From Halobacteriovoraceae bacterium (GTDB lineage Bacteria; Bdellovibrionota; Bacteriovoracia; Bacteriovoracales; Bacteriovoracaceae): a stretch of DNA of 64,000 nt. The notes below the pieces were generated by a model, which saw only the letters and a list, made by a program, of their open reading frames with translations, searched no databases and was not told the origin of the DNA. This document shows, in pieces, positions 36,186 to 45,800 of this stretch. Location: assembly GCA_963719505.1 (NCBI GenBank), contig CAVRCF010000005.1:608001-672000 (forward strand), given 5' to 3'. The position numbers were made by a program, and so were the translations under genes. Numbering within the stretch: position 1 is the stretch's first letter; the number at the start of each line of letters is the position of its first letter.

Positions 36186-36425
36186 TTATTCAATAATTTC
36201 TAATACAGATCTCTTCTTAAGCTTTGTAGAGGCAGCGTTTAGAATAGTTCTAAGTGCTCTTGCAGTCCTACCTTGCTTACCGATGACTTTTCCAAGATCG
36301 GACTTATCAACTTTAAGTTCGATAACGGTAGTTTGCTCACCTTCGATTTCATTTACTTCCACTTTATCAGGAATATCCACTAGGGCTTTTCCGACGTAAT
36401 GTATAAGTTCTTTTAATTCACTCAT
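36186..36425 (-). CDS. khpA: KH-domain RNA-binding protein
   Basis: [17 protein letters not shown]; located between rpsP and rimM. Confidence 0.93.
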   Translation of the reverse strand: MSELKELIHYVGKALVDIPDKVEVNEIEGEQTTVIELKVDKSDLGKVIGKQGRTARALRTILNAASTKLKKRSVLEIIE

Positions 36426-36536
36426 GATACCTTCTTAATAAAGCTTAATTAATATTTATCTAATATTTATAACCCAATGATCGGAAATTACAAACTTAAA
36501 AATAATTAATCTTTAAGATTTTCTTAACAGAGAGTG

Positions 36537-36788
36537 TTACGAAAGAGAAATCTTATTGCTTTTCAATAAAGATCTAACAGTGTCTGAAACCTGAGCGCCT
36601 TTACCAATCCACGATTTGATAGATTCAACATTAACTTGTGATAATGTTTTATCGTTTTCCAAAGTTGGATTATATTGACCTAATTTTTCAAGAAACTTTC
36701 CATCTCTTGCGTTTCTAGAGTTTGCAGCAACAATTGTGTAAACTGGCGCGTGTGTTCTACCACCACGGCTTAACCTAATTTTAACCAT
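36537..36788 (-). CDS. rpsP: 30S ribosomal protein S16
   Basis: MVKIRLSRGG, RDGKFLEKLG and GAQVSDTV motifs. Confidence 0.97.
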   Translation of the reverse strand: MVKIRLSRGGRTHAPVYTIVAANSRNARDGKFLEKLGQYNPTLENDKTLSQVNVESIKSWIGKGAQVSDTVRSLLKSNKISLS

Positions 36789-36897
36789 TTATATCTCCTA
36801 TAATATATATATCTGTGCAAATAAGACTGTATTTTTAATGCACTTGGTTTTTAAAGTCAACTTATTTAATCTGATAAGTCACTACTATTACGTGACC

Positions 36898-38319
36898 TTA
36901 AAAGAACTTTTTCCCAAAAGTTCCCTTCTTTTTGCCATTCTTCTTTTTTCCAGCTCCAGCTTGCTGTCTAAAGCCTGGCATTGGTGGCATGCCCGGAATG
37001 TTTGGCATTCCACCGCCTTTCATCATTCCCATCATATTAATCATCATCCCTTGCATCTGTTCAAACTTCTTAATGAATTCATTAACGTCATTCACTTTGG
37101 TTCCAGATCCTTTGGCAATTCTCTCCACTCGCGAAGGATTCAGAAGTTTATGATCGTCTTTCTCTTTGGTGGTCATGGAGCTAATGATGATTTTCATTTT
37201 TTTCATCTCATCTTCAGCAGGACTTAAATCACCAACTTGTCTGAGCATTCCACCCATACCTGGGATCATTTTTAAAATTGAACCCATTGAACCCAGTTTT
37301 GAAATTTGATCCATCTGCTTCATGAAGTCGTTGATTGAGAATTGTTTATTCTCAAGGCGCTTCATCATCTTCTCAGCTTCTTTCTCGTCCACAACATCTT
37401 GAGCCTTCTCAACAAGTGAGACAACATCACCCATATCGAGAATTCTTTTTGCTAAACGATCTGGATGAAAGGGATCGAGATCCTTCATCTTCTCGCCAGT
37501 TGAGATAAACCTTATAGGAACCTGAGTAACATAACGGATTGAAAGAGCGGCACCACCACGAGCATCAGAGTCCATCTTTGATAGAACTGCTCCCGTTAAG
37601 CCAACTTTTTCATGAAATATTTTTGCGACATTAACGGCTTCTTGACCTGTCATCGCATCTGCGACCAGTAGAACTTCTGGATCTTTTAATTCATTCTTAG
37701 CATCTACCAATTGACCCATAAGTTCTTCGTCAACTTGAAGGCGACCGGCAGTATCAATAATAACAACTTCTTTTCCAAGCTTTTTAGCTTCCGCCATCCC
37801 AGCTTTCACGATATCTTTTGGAAGCATTGAGAGATCGGAGTCAAAGTAGTCAACTTGCATATTCTTTGCGTGAACGATCAATTGATCTTTTGCTGCTGGT
37901 CTAAAATTATCGGCAGGAATGAGGTAGACATCTTTTTTCTTTTTGCTTTTTAAATAAAGAGCCAGCTTTCCAGTAAAGGTTGTTTTACCCGCACCGTTTA
38001 AACCAACAATAAGGATTGGAGTAATAGGTCTTGAAAAATCTAATTCTTGATGTTCCTCACCCATAAGCTTAGAGAGCTCATCGTGCATGATTTTTGTGAA
38101 CTGCTCACCCGGATTGACACCTTTAATAACTTTTTCACCAAGAGCTTGCTCTTTTACTTTAGCAACAAATTCTTTGACGACTTTAAAGTTAACATCAGCT
38201 TCTAGAAGGGCTGTCCTTACTTCTTTAAGTGTATCCTCGATATTTGACTCAGTAATTTTTCCTTTACCTGCAATATTCTTAAAGGCACTGGAGAATTTAT
38301 CACTTAAATTATCAAACAT
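36898..38319 (-). CDS. ffh: Signal recognition particle protein
   Basis: ALLEADV, GAGKTT, DTAGR, KMDSDARGG motifs and Met-rich M domain. Confidence 0.97.
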   Translation of the reverse strand: MFDNLSDKFSSAFKNIAGKGKITESNIEDTLKEVRTALLEADVNFKVVKEFVAKVKEQALGEKVIKGVNPGEQFTKIMHDELSKLMGEEHQELDFSRPITPILIVGLNGAGKTTFTGKLALYLKSKKKKDVYLIPADNFRPAAKDQLIVHAKNMQVDYFDSDLSMLPKDIVKAGMAEAKKLGKEVVIIDTAGRLQVDEELMGQLVDAKNELKDPEVLLVADAMTGQEAVNVAKIFHEKVGLTGAVLSKMDSDARGGAALSIRYVTQVPIRFISTGEKMKDLDPFHPDRLAKRILDMGDVVSLVEKAQDVVDEKEAEKMMKRLENKQFSINDFMKQMDQISKLGSMGSILKMIPGMGGMLRQVGDLSPAEDEMKKMKIIISSMTTKEKDDHKLLNPSRVERIAKGSGTKVNDVNEFIKKFEQMQGMMINMMGMMKGGGMPNIPGMPPMPGFRQQAGAGKKKNGKKKGTFGKKFF

Positions 38320-38330
38320 TTTACTTCCTT

Positions 38331-38795
38331 TTATTCATTGATCCAATTTAACAAAATACTTTTACAACTCTCCACTGTCTCACAAATGTGATCAGCCGGA
38401 CTTTGCTTAAAGTAGGCATAAATATCTGGGTGATTACTCCCCCAGATTGCAGCGATCGTTTGTGCACCGTAAACTGAACCGCCATTAATATCCGTCATAG
38501 AGTCTCCGACAACATAAACGTCGTCTTTGTCAGCTTCTCCAAGCATTATTTCAAGTCCTGCCGTTGAGGGTTTGGACTCACAATCACTCGAAGTGCTGAT
38601 TCCTTTGAAGTACTCTTTGATCCCAAGGGATTCTAAAATTTCTAGCGTCGATTGTCTATCTCTGGCCGTCCAAAGATAGAGGTTTGCGCCAGCCATCTTT
38701 GTGGCTTCTAAAAGGTCGAAAACTCCTGGATAAAGACTAGGTTCTCCATCGGTGTTGACAAGAGTTCCATCGTGGTCAAAAACAATATGGTGCAT
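38331..38795 (-). CDS. HAD-superfamily hydrolase
   Basis: FDHDGTL, KP and VGDSMTD motifs. Confidence 0.85.
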   Translation of the reverse strand: MHHIVFDHDGTLVNTDGEPSLYPGVFDLLEATKMAGANLYLWTARDRQSTLEILESLGIKEYFKGISTSSDCESKPSTAGLEIMLGEADKDDVYVVGDSMTDINGGSVYGAQTIAAIWGSNHPDIYAYFKQSPADHICETVESCKSILLNWINE

Positions 38796-38843
38796 AAGAA
38801 TTCCTTTGCAAAGACAGCTCCCACAGTGTAGATAACTTTTCCT

Positions 38844-39932
38844 ATGCAAACAAGAGAATTTTCAAAAGACCTACAGCACAAAATTGATGCCCTTAAGGCC
38901 CTAAGACAGCCTATAAATATGGGCTCAGTCAGTTTTGATTCCAAACTACTTCTGGCCCCAATGGCCGGTATCTGTACTCCTCCGTTTAGATTAGTGATGG
39001 AGGATCTCGGAGCTGGTGGAACGGTATCTGAGCTGATCTCGTGTCACGGGATAAATTACGAAAATAAAAAAACTCTCGAGATGCTCAAGATAGATGACCG
39101 AGAAAGAAATATTGGTATTCAACTTTTTGGAGAAGACTCTGAGTCTTTTGCCAAAGCAGCTGTGATAGCTCAACAAAGAAATCCCAAATTCATTGATATC
39201 AATATGGGTTGCCCTGTAAAAAAGGTTGTCTCCAAAGGTGGGGGCTCGGCCATGATGAAGGATGTCGAAGCTCTTGGACCCTTTTTTAGAAAAGTAAAGA
39301 AAGCGATCAGCGTTCCTCTTACTATCAAAATAAGAACTGGCTGGGATGCCGATGATGTTAACGCCGATAAAATCGAATATATTGCAAGAGAAGAAGGCGT
39401 AGAATGGGTCGCCATTCACGGTAGAACACGAGCCCAACAATACACGGGCTTTGCTAATTGGGAATATATTGAGTGGCTCGCCCAAAATTCAATACTTCCT
39501 ACGATTGGAAACGGTGACCTCCATCAACCCCATCAAGTTTCCAAAAGATTGGCCCAAACAAACTGTGATGCTTTAATGATCGCTAGAGGCTGCCTTAGAA
39601 ATCCTTTTATCTTTTTGGAGTCACTCAAAGAAGAGTCACAAACATATCGATCTGAATTTATGGGGAGTGATTACTTTGAAGTTATCGAAAGACTTTACGA
39701 CTATACAAATCAGACCTATGAGAATGAAAGAGCGAGACTTGTTCAATTAAGAAAGCTCATCGTTTGGTTTGCAGCAGGCTTTCCCGGTGTTGCAAAGTTT
39801 CGCGGTGATATGTTTAAGTCTAAGACTCTCGAGGAGACTATGCAAAATGCACAGGAATACTTCAAAGGTCTTGGTGACTCTTATAAACGCATTAATTATG
39901 ATGAAATTTTTATGAGCTCAGGTCATGGATAG
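38844..39932 (+). CDS. dusB: tRNA-dihydrouridine synthase (DusB-like)
   Basis: LAPMAG, DINMGCP, KIRTGWD, HGRT and GNGD motifs. Confidence 0.9.
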   Translation: MQTREFSKDLQHKIDALKALRQPINMGSVSFDSKLLLAPMAGICTPPFRLVMEDLGAGGTVSELISCHGINYENKKTLEMLKIDDRERNIGIQLFGEDSESFAKAAVIAQQRNPKFIDINMGCPVKKVVSKGGGSAMMKDVEALGPFFRKVKKAISVPLTIKIRTGWDADDVNADKIEYIAREEGVEWVAIHGRTRAQQYTGFANWEYIEWLAQNSILPTIGNGDLHQPHQVSKRLAQTNCDALMIARGCLRNPFIFLESLKEESQTYRSEFMGSDYFEVIERLYDYTNQTYENERARLVQLRKLIVWFAAGFPGVAKFRGDMFKSKTLEETMQNAQEYFKGLGDSYKRINYDEIFMSSGHG

Positions 39933-39982
39933 ATAAAAATTAATCGACCAAAGTGGGGAAACCTTGGCCGATTGAATTTAAT

Positions 39983-40165
39983 TTACCGAACTGTATTTAG
40001 AGCTAACTTCTCACCACTGAGCTTGATCATTTTTACCTGTTGATCAGCTTTACTGGCCTGAAGTGCCCGCTTAGAGTTTTGTGTAAAATTCATATGAATT
40101 GACAAAACCGTGCTAAATAGTAGCGAGGCAAATAAGAATTGTTTAAGGTTTTTTACTAAATTCAT
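39983..40165 (-). CDS. Small membrane-anchored or secreted hypothetical protein
   Basis: AAGGAG RBS before ATG 40165; hydrophobic N-terminal segment. Confidence 0.55.
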   Translation of the reverse strand: MNLVKNLKQFLFASLLFSTVLSIHMNFTQNSKRALQASKADQQVKMIKLSGEKLALNTVR

Positions 40166-40359
40166 TAGTTTCTCCTTATCGGGGTAGACCGCAAAATACC
40201 ACAAAACCAACGCCACGCAACAGAAACCTAGAAGTATGTATTTATTCCATACTCTAAATTATTGATTTCCCGTAAAAGTGTTTCAAAAAGATCAAATATT
40301 TTGAAACAAAAGTCTTGAATTCCCTTAATATATAAGAAAGAAAAGCCGACAAGGAGACT

Positions 40360-42627
40360 GTGAGATATAACTTCTTAATAACTATTCTCTTAATTGGGTC
40401 CACGGCGACCAACTCTTATGCTCAAAGCTGTAAGGAGTTAGTGGATAGTGTTTTTGCAATTGAGACGAAGCTTAAAACAACGACTCTTCCAGCTTGTTCA
40501 ACAAAAGCGAATATAACTGAAGATTGCTGCTCAAAAGGTGATCCTGACTCTTGTTTAAACTTAAACCAAATTGAACTTGATTATAATAAAGCGCTAGCTG
40601 AAGTAAATATTTACGAAAGTCTATTGGCCATTGGCCAAAGCGCAGTTAACGATCACAGAACCATAAAAAGTCTCTCTCAAAAAGAGCTCGCAAGTGCTAA
40701 AGAGTTGATCGAAAAGTTTGATAAAAGCATTAAAAAACGTGATCTTGTTAATTCTGCTTTAGAAATTGATAAGGTTACATCTAAAGATGCAAAAACTCTT
40801 TGGCATGGGTATACGGCAGACAACAAAAGTGATCTCCTGGCAAACCTTACTGACAAATGTAAAACAGCGGCACTCTACCAGCCAAAAGCAGATGAGAAGA
40901 AACCTTATCGAGACTTTTGCGGGCGTCTTCCAAAACTGGAAGAAGATGAAGTCGACACTCTTTATAACTTTTACCTCTCACAACAGAGTATTGAGTCAGA
41001 GGATACTTTAAATAAAATTGGTGATATTGTCCCCCGTTTTGAAGAATACAGTAAGTATTTAGCGATCAAAGTAGACGATAAAATTGTGTCGGGGTCATTT
41101 GAAGGTACAAAGCACTATAAAGAATATATTGAACTAAAAGATTTACTTAAATCTGACAAACAACCTACTGAAGCCGAGGCGATAAAAATTTTATCCAAGG
41201 CTTCTTCACTTTCCAAAGTCTCTATCGACATGGATGATATAAAGTTTTCAGACCAAGACAGCTTTGCTGGGCGCTTCCAAAAAGATGTCGTCAGTGAACT
41301 AAAAACAAATATTCTTCAGACTGAAAGCTCTACAAGTATTCTCACCAATCAGAGTCAAATTTTAAAAAATATTAAAAACGCAGATCAGTCAATGGATTTA
41401 GAGCTTAGAGCGAAAGAGGATGTTGTAAGACAGATGCTTACAGAAAGCGACCGCTTAAGTAACGCTTGTCCAAAAAGCAAAAGCCTCCATGACTGTGCTT
41501 TAACGATTTGTGGAGAAAACTATAATCAAGAAAAAGTATCATGTTCAAATTCTTCCTTTCAAAACATTGGATCTGTTGCGATTGCGAGTCAGATTTCAAA
41601 AGTTGAACAAAGTAGAAAATTAAAAGCTGCCCATAAAAAAATAACTGATTGCGTGAGTAAACGCATTCCACAAGAAAGAGATAAGTGTATAAAAGAAGCT
41701 GATCAGTCGGACCTGAAGCTCACGTCTAACAATCTGTCGGATGCAAAACAGAGACTAGAAAAAGCAAATAATTTATTAAGTTTATACTTGAAAAAAGAAC
41801 CTTTTAATAAGCTTACTGGTTTAAAGAACTTAAATTTAGCCGCGCTTGATGAAAAAGGCTGTATTGGCGAAAAAGACAAAGAACAAAGTGAAAAGATTGA
41901 AAGCTACTGTAAAACGCCTCTGCTAGATGGACATATTACAAATGTTTTAAACCTTGAGTCCTCCGCATCCAAAATCACGTTAAAAATGAAATTTGATTTA
42001 GAGAAAGGTTATTACAAAAAACAATTTGGAGATCACAATTTTGGCTCAAATTTAAATTACGCTAATGAAGTGTGCAAAAAGCAATTCAATGAAAAACTTG
42101 CTGTGTGTGACTATATGCAGGCGGCCAATGAGACAAGAAAACAAAAACTTGTTGAAGCTCAAAATGCAGAAAAACTTAAAGTTCAAAAACAAATAACTCG
42201 AGAGGAAAATTTCTACGCCGGTTGGCAAGAAGAAAACGAGGGACCGACAGCTTTTGAATCGGGACTCACCGGTCTCGCAACTGGTGCAGCACAGGGTATG
42301 CCTCAAATTTTTGGAATGATTCAACAAAAAAGACAACACGACAGACAGATGGATTATTATCAAAGTCTCTATAATTACAGACAAAGAACATACGACTCAA
42401 ACTATACAAATTACCAACCTCAGTATTACTGGAATAACTTTCAAGATCCAATGACTTTTAATGCTGCTCCTACGGCCATGATTGATATGAGTGGTTTTAA
42501 CTACAACTTTCAAACAATTCCAAGTAGTCTATCCAATAACAATGCACAGTCCCCTGTATTCACCTCACCGGCCCCTGCAAGTATTCCAGGAACGGGATCT
42601 AATCTAGGATTTGACTTCGGCAACTAG
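40360..42627 (+). CDS. Large secreted protein with scattered cysteines and a Tyr/Asn/Gln-rich C-terminus
   Basis: Signal peptide ending SYA; AGGAG RBS. Confidence 0.8.
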   Translation: MRYNFLITILLIGSTATNSYAQSCKELVDSVFAIETKLKTTTLPACSTKANITEDCCSKGDPDSCLNLNQIELDYNKALAEVNIYESLLAIGQSAVNDHRTIKSLSQKELASAKELIEKFDKSIKKRDLVNSALEIDKVTSKDAKTLWHGYTADNKSDLLANLTDKCKTAALYQPKADEKKPYRDFCGRLPKLEEDEVDTLYNFYLSQQSIESEDTLNKIGDIVPRFEEYSKYLAIKVDDKIVSGSFEGTKHYKEYIELKDLLKSDKQPTEAEAIKILSKASSLSKVSIDMDDIKFSDQDSFAGRFQKDVVSELKTNILQTESSTSILTNQSQILKNIKNADQSMDLELRAKEDVVRQMLTESDRLSNACPKSKSLHDCALTICGENYNQEKVSCSNSSFQNIGSVAIASQISKVEQSRKLKAAHKKITDCVSKRIPQERDKCIKEADQSDLKLTSNNLSDAKQRLEKANNLLSLYLKKEPFNKLTGLKNLNLAALDEKGCIGEKDKEQSEKIESYCKTPLLDGHITNVLNLESSASKITLKMKFDLEKGYYKKQFGDHNFGSNLNYANEVCKKQFNEKLAVCDYMQAANETRKQKLVEAQNAEKLKVQKQITREENFYAGWQEENEGPTAFESGLTGLATGAAQGMPQIFGMIQQKRQHDRQMDYYQSLYNYRQRTYDSNYTNYQPQYYWNNFQDPMTFNAAPTAMIDMSGFNYNFQTIPSSLSNNNAQSPVFTSPAPASIPGTGSNLGFDFGN

Positions 42628-42779
42628 ATAGCCAGAAAAAGTTGCTATTTCCCAAACCGACCAAAGTCTATTACTCAAGTACGCCATACACAAATTCAAA
42701 GACTTAGACAGTAAAACTCCTCTATTGGATAATAAAAACCAGCATTTTCTGCAGTCCCTTAAAATATTATTTAAGTTAT

Positions 42780-42806
42780 TAAAATAAGGTCTAAATTGAC
42801 CGAAAA
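42780..42806 (+). promoter_or_regulatory. Possible sigma28-type promoter
   Basis: TAAA-N15-ACCGAAAA upstream of the 1878-aa gene. Confidence 0.45.
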
Positions 42807-42849
42807 GTAAGATAGCGGGAAATGAGTCCTGCTAACTATTGGATCGATT

Positions 42850-45800
42850 TTGAAAAACTGGATTGTCTTTTCACTCTTTCTTTTATTCACCGTTACTGGG
42901 TGTATTCCAGGAACGACGACTCCTGCCAAAAGAGAAGCGGCTGGTGATAATATTTCAGACTCTCCTTTTGGTGACGATTCTGAACAGACGACTGTTACGG
43001 AAACCGCATATTGGTTTGATGGTGGAATTAAAAAGCAGACACTAACACTCGATATAACAAATTTAAAAACGACTTTTATCTTTGGTGATGATGTCAGCCT
43101 TCTTCTGTCTGAAAACAATAATAGCTCTAGAAATTACTGCGTCTATGTTGATTTTCAAGCTGGCTTTGGAACCTCTCCAAAACAGCTGAGAATGAGAGCA
43201 ATCCCCTCTTTTACATACGATCCTATCGCTGGCAAAATTAAACGCTATTATCGGATTCTCTCAAATGTCGAATCAGGTAATGAAATCTGTAATGTGGCAA
43301 CGGTTAATTCTTATTCAGGAGCCGGAGTTCCAAACTTTACGGCACCAATTCTAAGTCAGATTTCAAATAGCGTGACAAGCGTTTGTACCAATTGCCTTAA
43401 TATCATTTCATCAACGCAAGTTAGACTCTACGAGCAAAGAGATGGCGCAAATCATATCGTCACAAACGAAACCGTTGCGATGAATAAATTAAATTTCAAA
43501 ATAGATATCAATTCAAATACTGGAAATGAAACACCAAACTGTTCAACACTAAACTGTCAAAACCAAGGTTTTGATTGTTGTGTTAACGGACAATGTGTAA
43601 AAGATGCGAGAGCTAAATTTTCAAGAAGTGAATTAGCAACTCAATTTCCTCAAAGTAACGATGGAGACTCCATTAGTGATGCTCTTCAAGAATTTGATCT
43701 AGCGGAGCTTCTCAAAGGCAGTGACCCTAACTGGTATAGAGACTACCCTCAGTACTATTTTATTTGTCTAGAAAATATTCCAGGTGACGGCGGAAGTGGA
43801 AACGGAGACACCGGTGGTGGCGAGATAGACGAAGCACAAGCCAGACTCAATAGAAATATTCAAGACTACTATTGTATTGAAGAGCTGAAAGAAAATACTG
43901 AAATTGATCCTTTTCACACAGACCCAATAAGCTCAACAGGAACATATACAGTTTGTTCTCTTTCATCAACACCTGGTCAAACACCAAGCACCTATTTTAG
44001 AGATGTCATGACAAGACTCTATGAAAACTGTGGGTGTTCTGAGACTAGTTTCTCAAATATGGTTGCCAACTGTCCAAAGTATACTTATAAGGCAAACTCT
44101 GAAAATCCAAGTCTGACTTTTTCATTGTCGGATATCACAAATTATATGGTGACCAATAGTTTGAGTGACCTCAATGGAGTTACTAACCTTGGAGAGCTTA
44201 CAAAAATAAATTCAATCGAATGTGTCGCTCCACAGGTTGATCCAAATGATCTTCCCTTCCAAGACCTCGATGTTTTAGTACCTTCACGATCCGTTGCTCA
44301 CAGATTTTTTGATCAAAATTCAGATTCAAACGGTAACGATATTGAAATCACTGATGTTGCAAACCTTCCGGTTGGAGCAAGCGGGGTTCAAGAAGGCGCG
44401 GAATTTAGATACTTAGATAATGAGAGACTTTTTCCTGATAATAAAGAGTTTAATATGAACTCTCTACTGGGACAGATGAATGTCAATCTAACCGGAGCAG
44501 TCCCTGCAAAGATAGTTAATGTTGAATTTGATAAGCAATATTATATCGCCACGATTGATGGCTTCTATACCCCTTGTCCGACGTGTGCGAAAGACTCTTG
44601 GTTTCCAAGTTTCTCACCAAATCCAAACACAAACTATGGCGTTGGTCTCACAAGTATTGGTCACACAACCAAAAGAGATGCATGGGGATCAAATTCAACT
44701 TTTGGAAACTACGAAGATACAATCTTTGGTAGAGCATGTTGGCTTCCTCCAACGATGCTTCCATTTTCTCACCTATCACTGAGTTCAAAAAAATCTCAAA
44801 GACTAAACCGACTTAAAACACAAGCCGCTATGTATGTTAATGGCTATCAAAGAGATTGGTTTGGATTTAATAAAGGTGCTCTCATTGGATCCTTTGACGG
44901 TGTCAGCTGGTTTGCTATCGGTAAAGGAAGAGTGGCAAAGTCCACAACAAATAAGCTCTACTTAGCTATTAACGCACCTTTTGGTGACCTAACCTCTCCA
45001 AACGATCACCTAGTTTCAGTTCAAGAGTGGGACTTTATCACAACTGGTGCTCAGTATGATTACAATATCGATTTAAGTATTAATCACCCAAGACAAAATG
45101 AAGCCGGTCAATGTCAAAGAAGTCACCGCTGTGAGACTGATTCAGACTGTATTACTCAGCTGGGCTGGGAATATGCATGTGCCGATATCAATTCGATCAA
45201 AACATCATGGCCTAAATTCTCAGTAGAAGGTGCCAACGAAATTGCCAATGATCCAAGATCTGGCACTATCTTAAGCCTTCTCAACCAACAAGTTCTTCCA
45301 CCGGGCACAAGTTCTAGAAAATGTGTCTACCGAGGAGCGGGTTCTCCTTGTCGAACTGACTATGAGAATATTGCTGATGAAAACTTACGTAAAACACTTA
45401 CCTGTGCACCAAATTTTTACTGTGCAGATCTTGATACAAATGCGGTCTTTAATAATGAAATTGCAAGATATGGTCAACCTCTAGAGAACCTTGCTTTGCC
45501 GGCGAATCACCTTTTTGGTCAAGAAGCAAATATTCTAGGACGCCCTAAACAATATATGGCCAATGGAGTGAGTGCACTCTTTTCTTTGCCTACGGATGTT
45601 AAAACCACAATTACTGACAACTTAGAAGTCACTAACCCAGGCATTGGAACAAACGCTGGGATTTGTCGCCCGGGTAAAAAACTTCCAAAAAGAAACCTCG
45701 CTGGAATCAATGGCACACAAGACTGGAAACCGGCAGATCAACACACAACTTTTGATCCCGACTATAGAACAGACTACATCTCTCAAATTGCGGGATGTAA

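Noticed and set aside
36838-37227. His-rich 129-aa plus-strand ORF and other short antisense ORFs in the track
   Set aside because: Shadows of real genes on the opposite strand (here the Met-rich end of ffh)
40326-40352. Sigma28-like GCCGACAA before the 755-aa gene
   Set aside because: -35 is imperfect and the -10 abuts the RBS, leaving almost no leader
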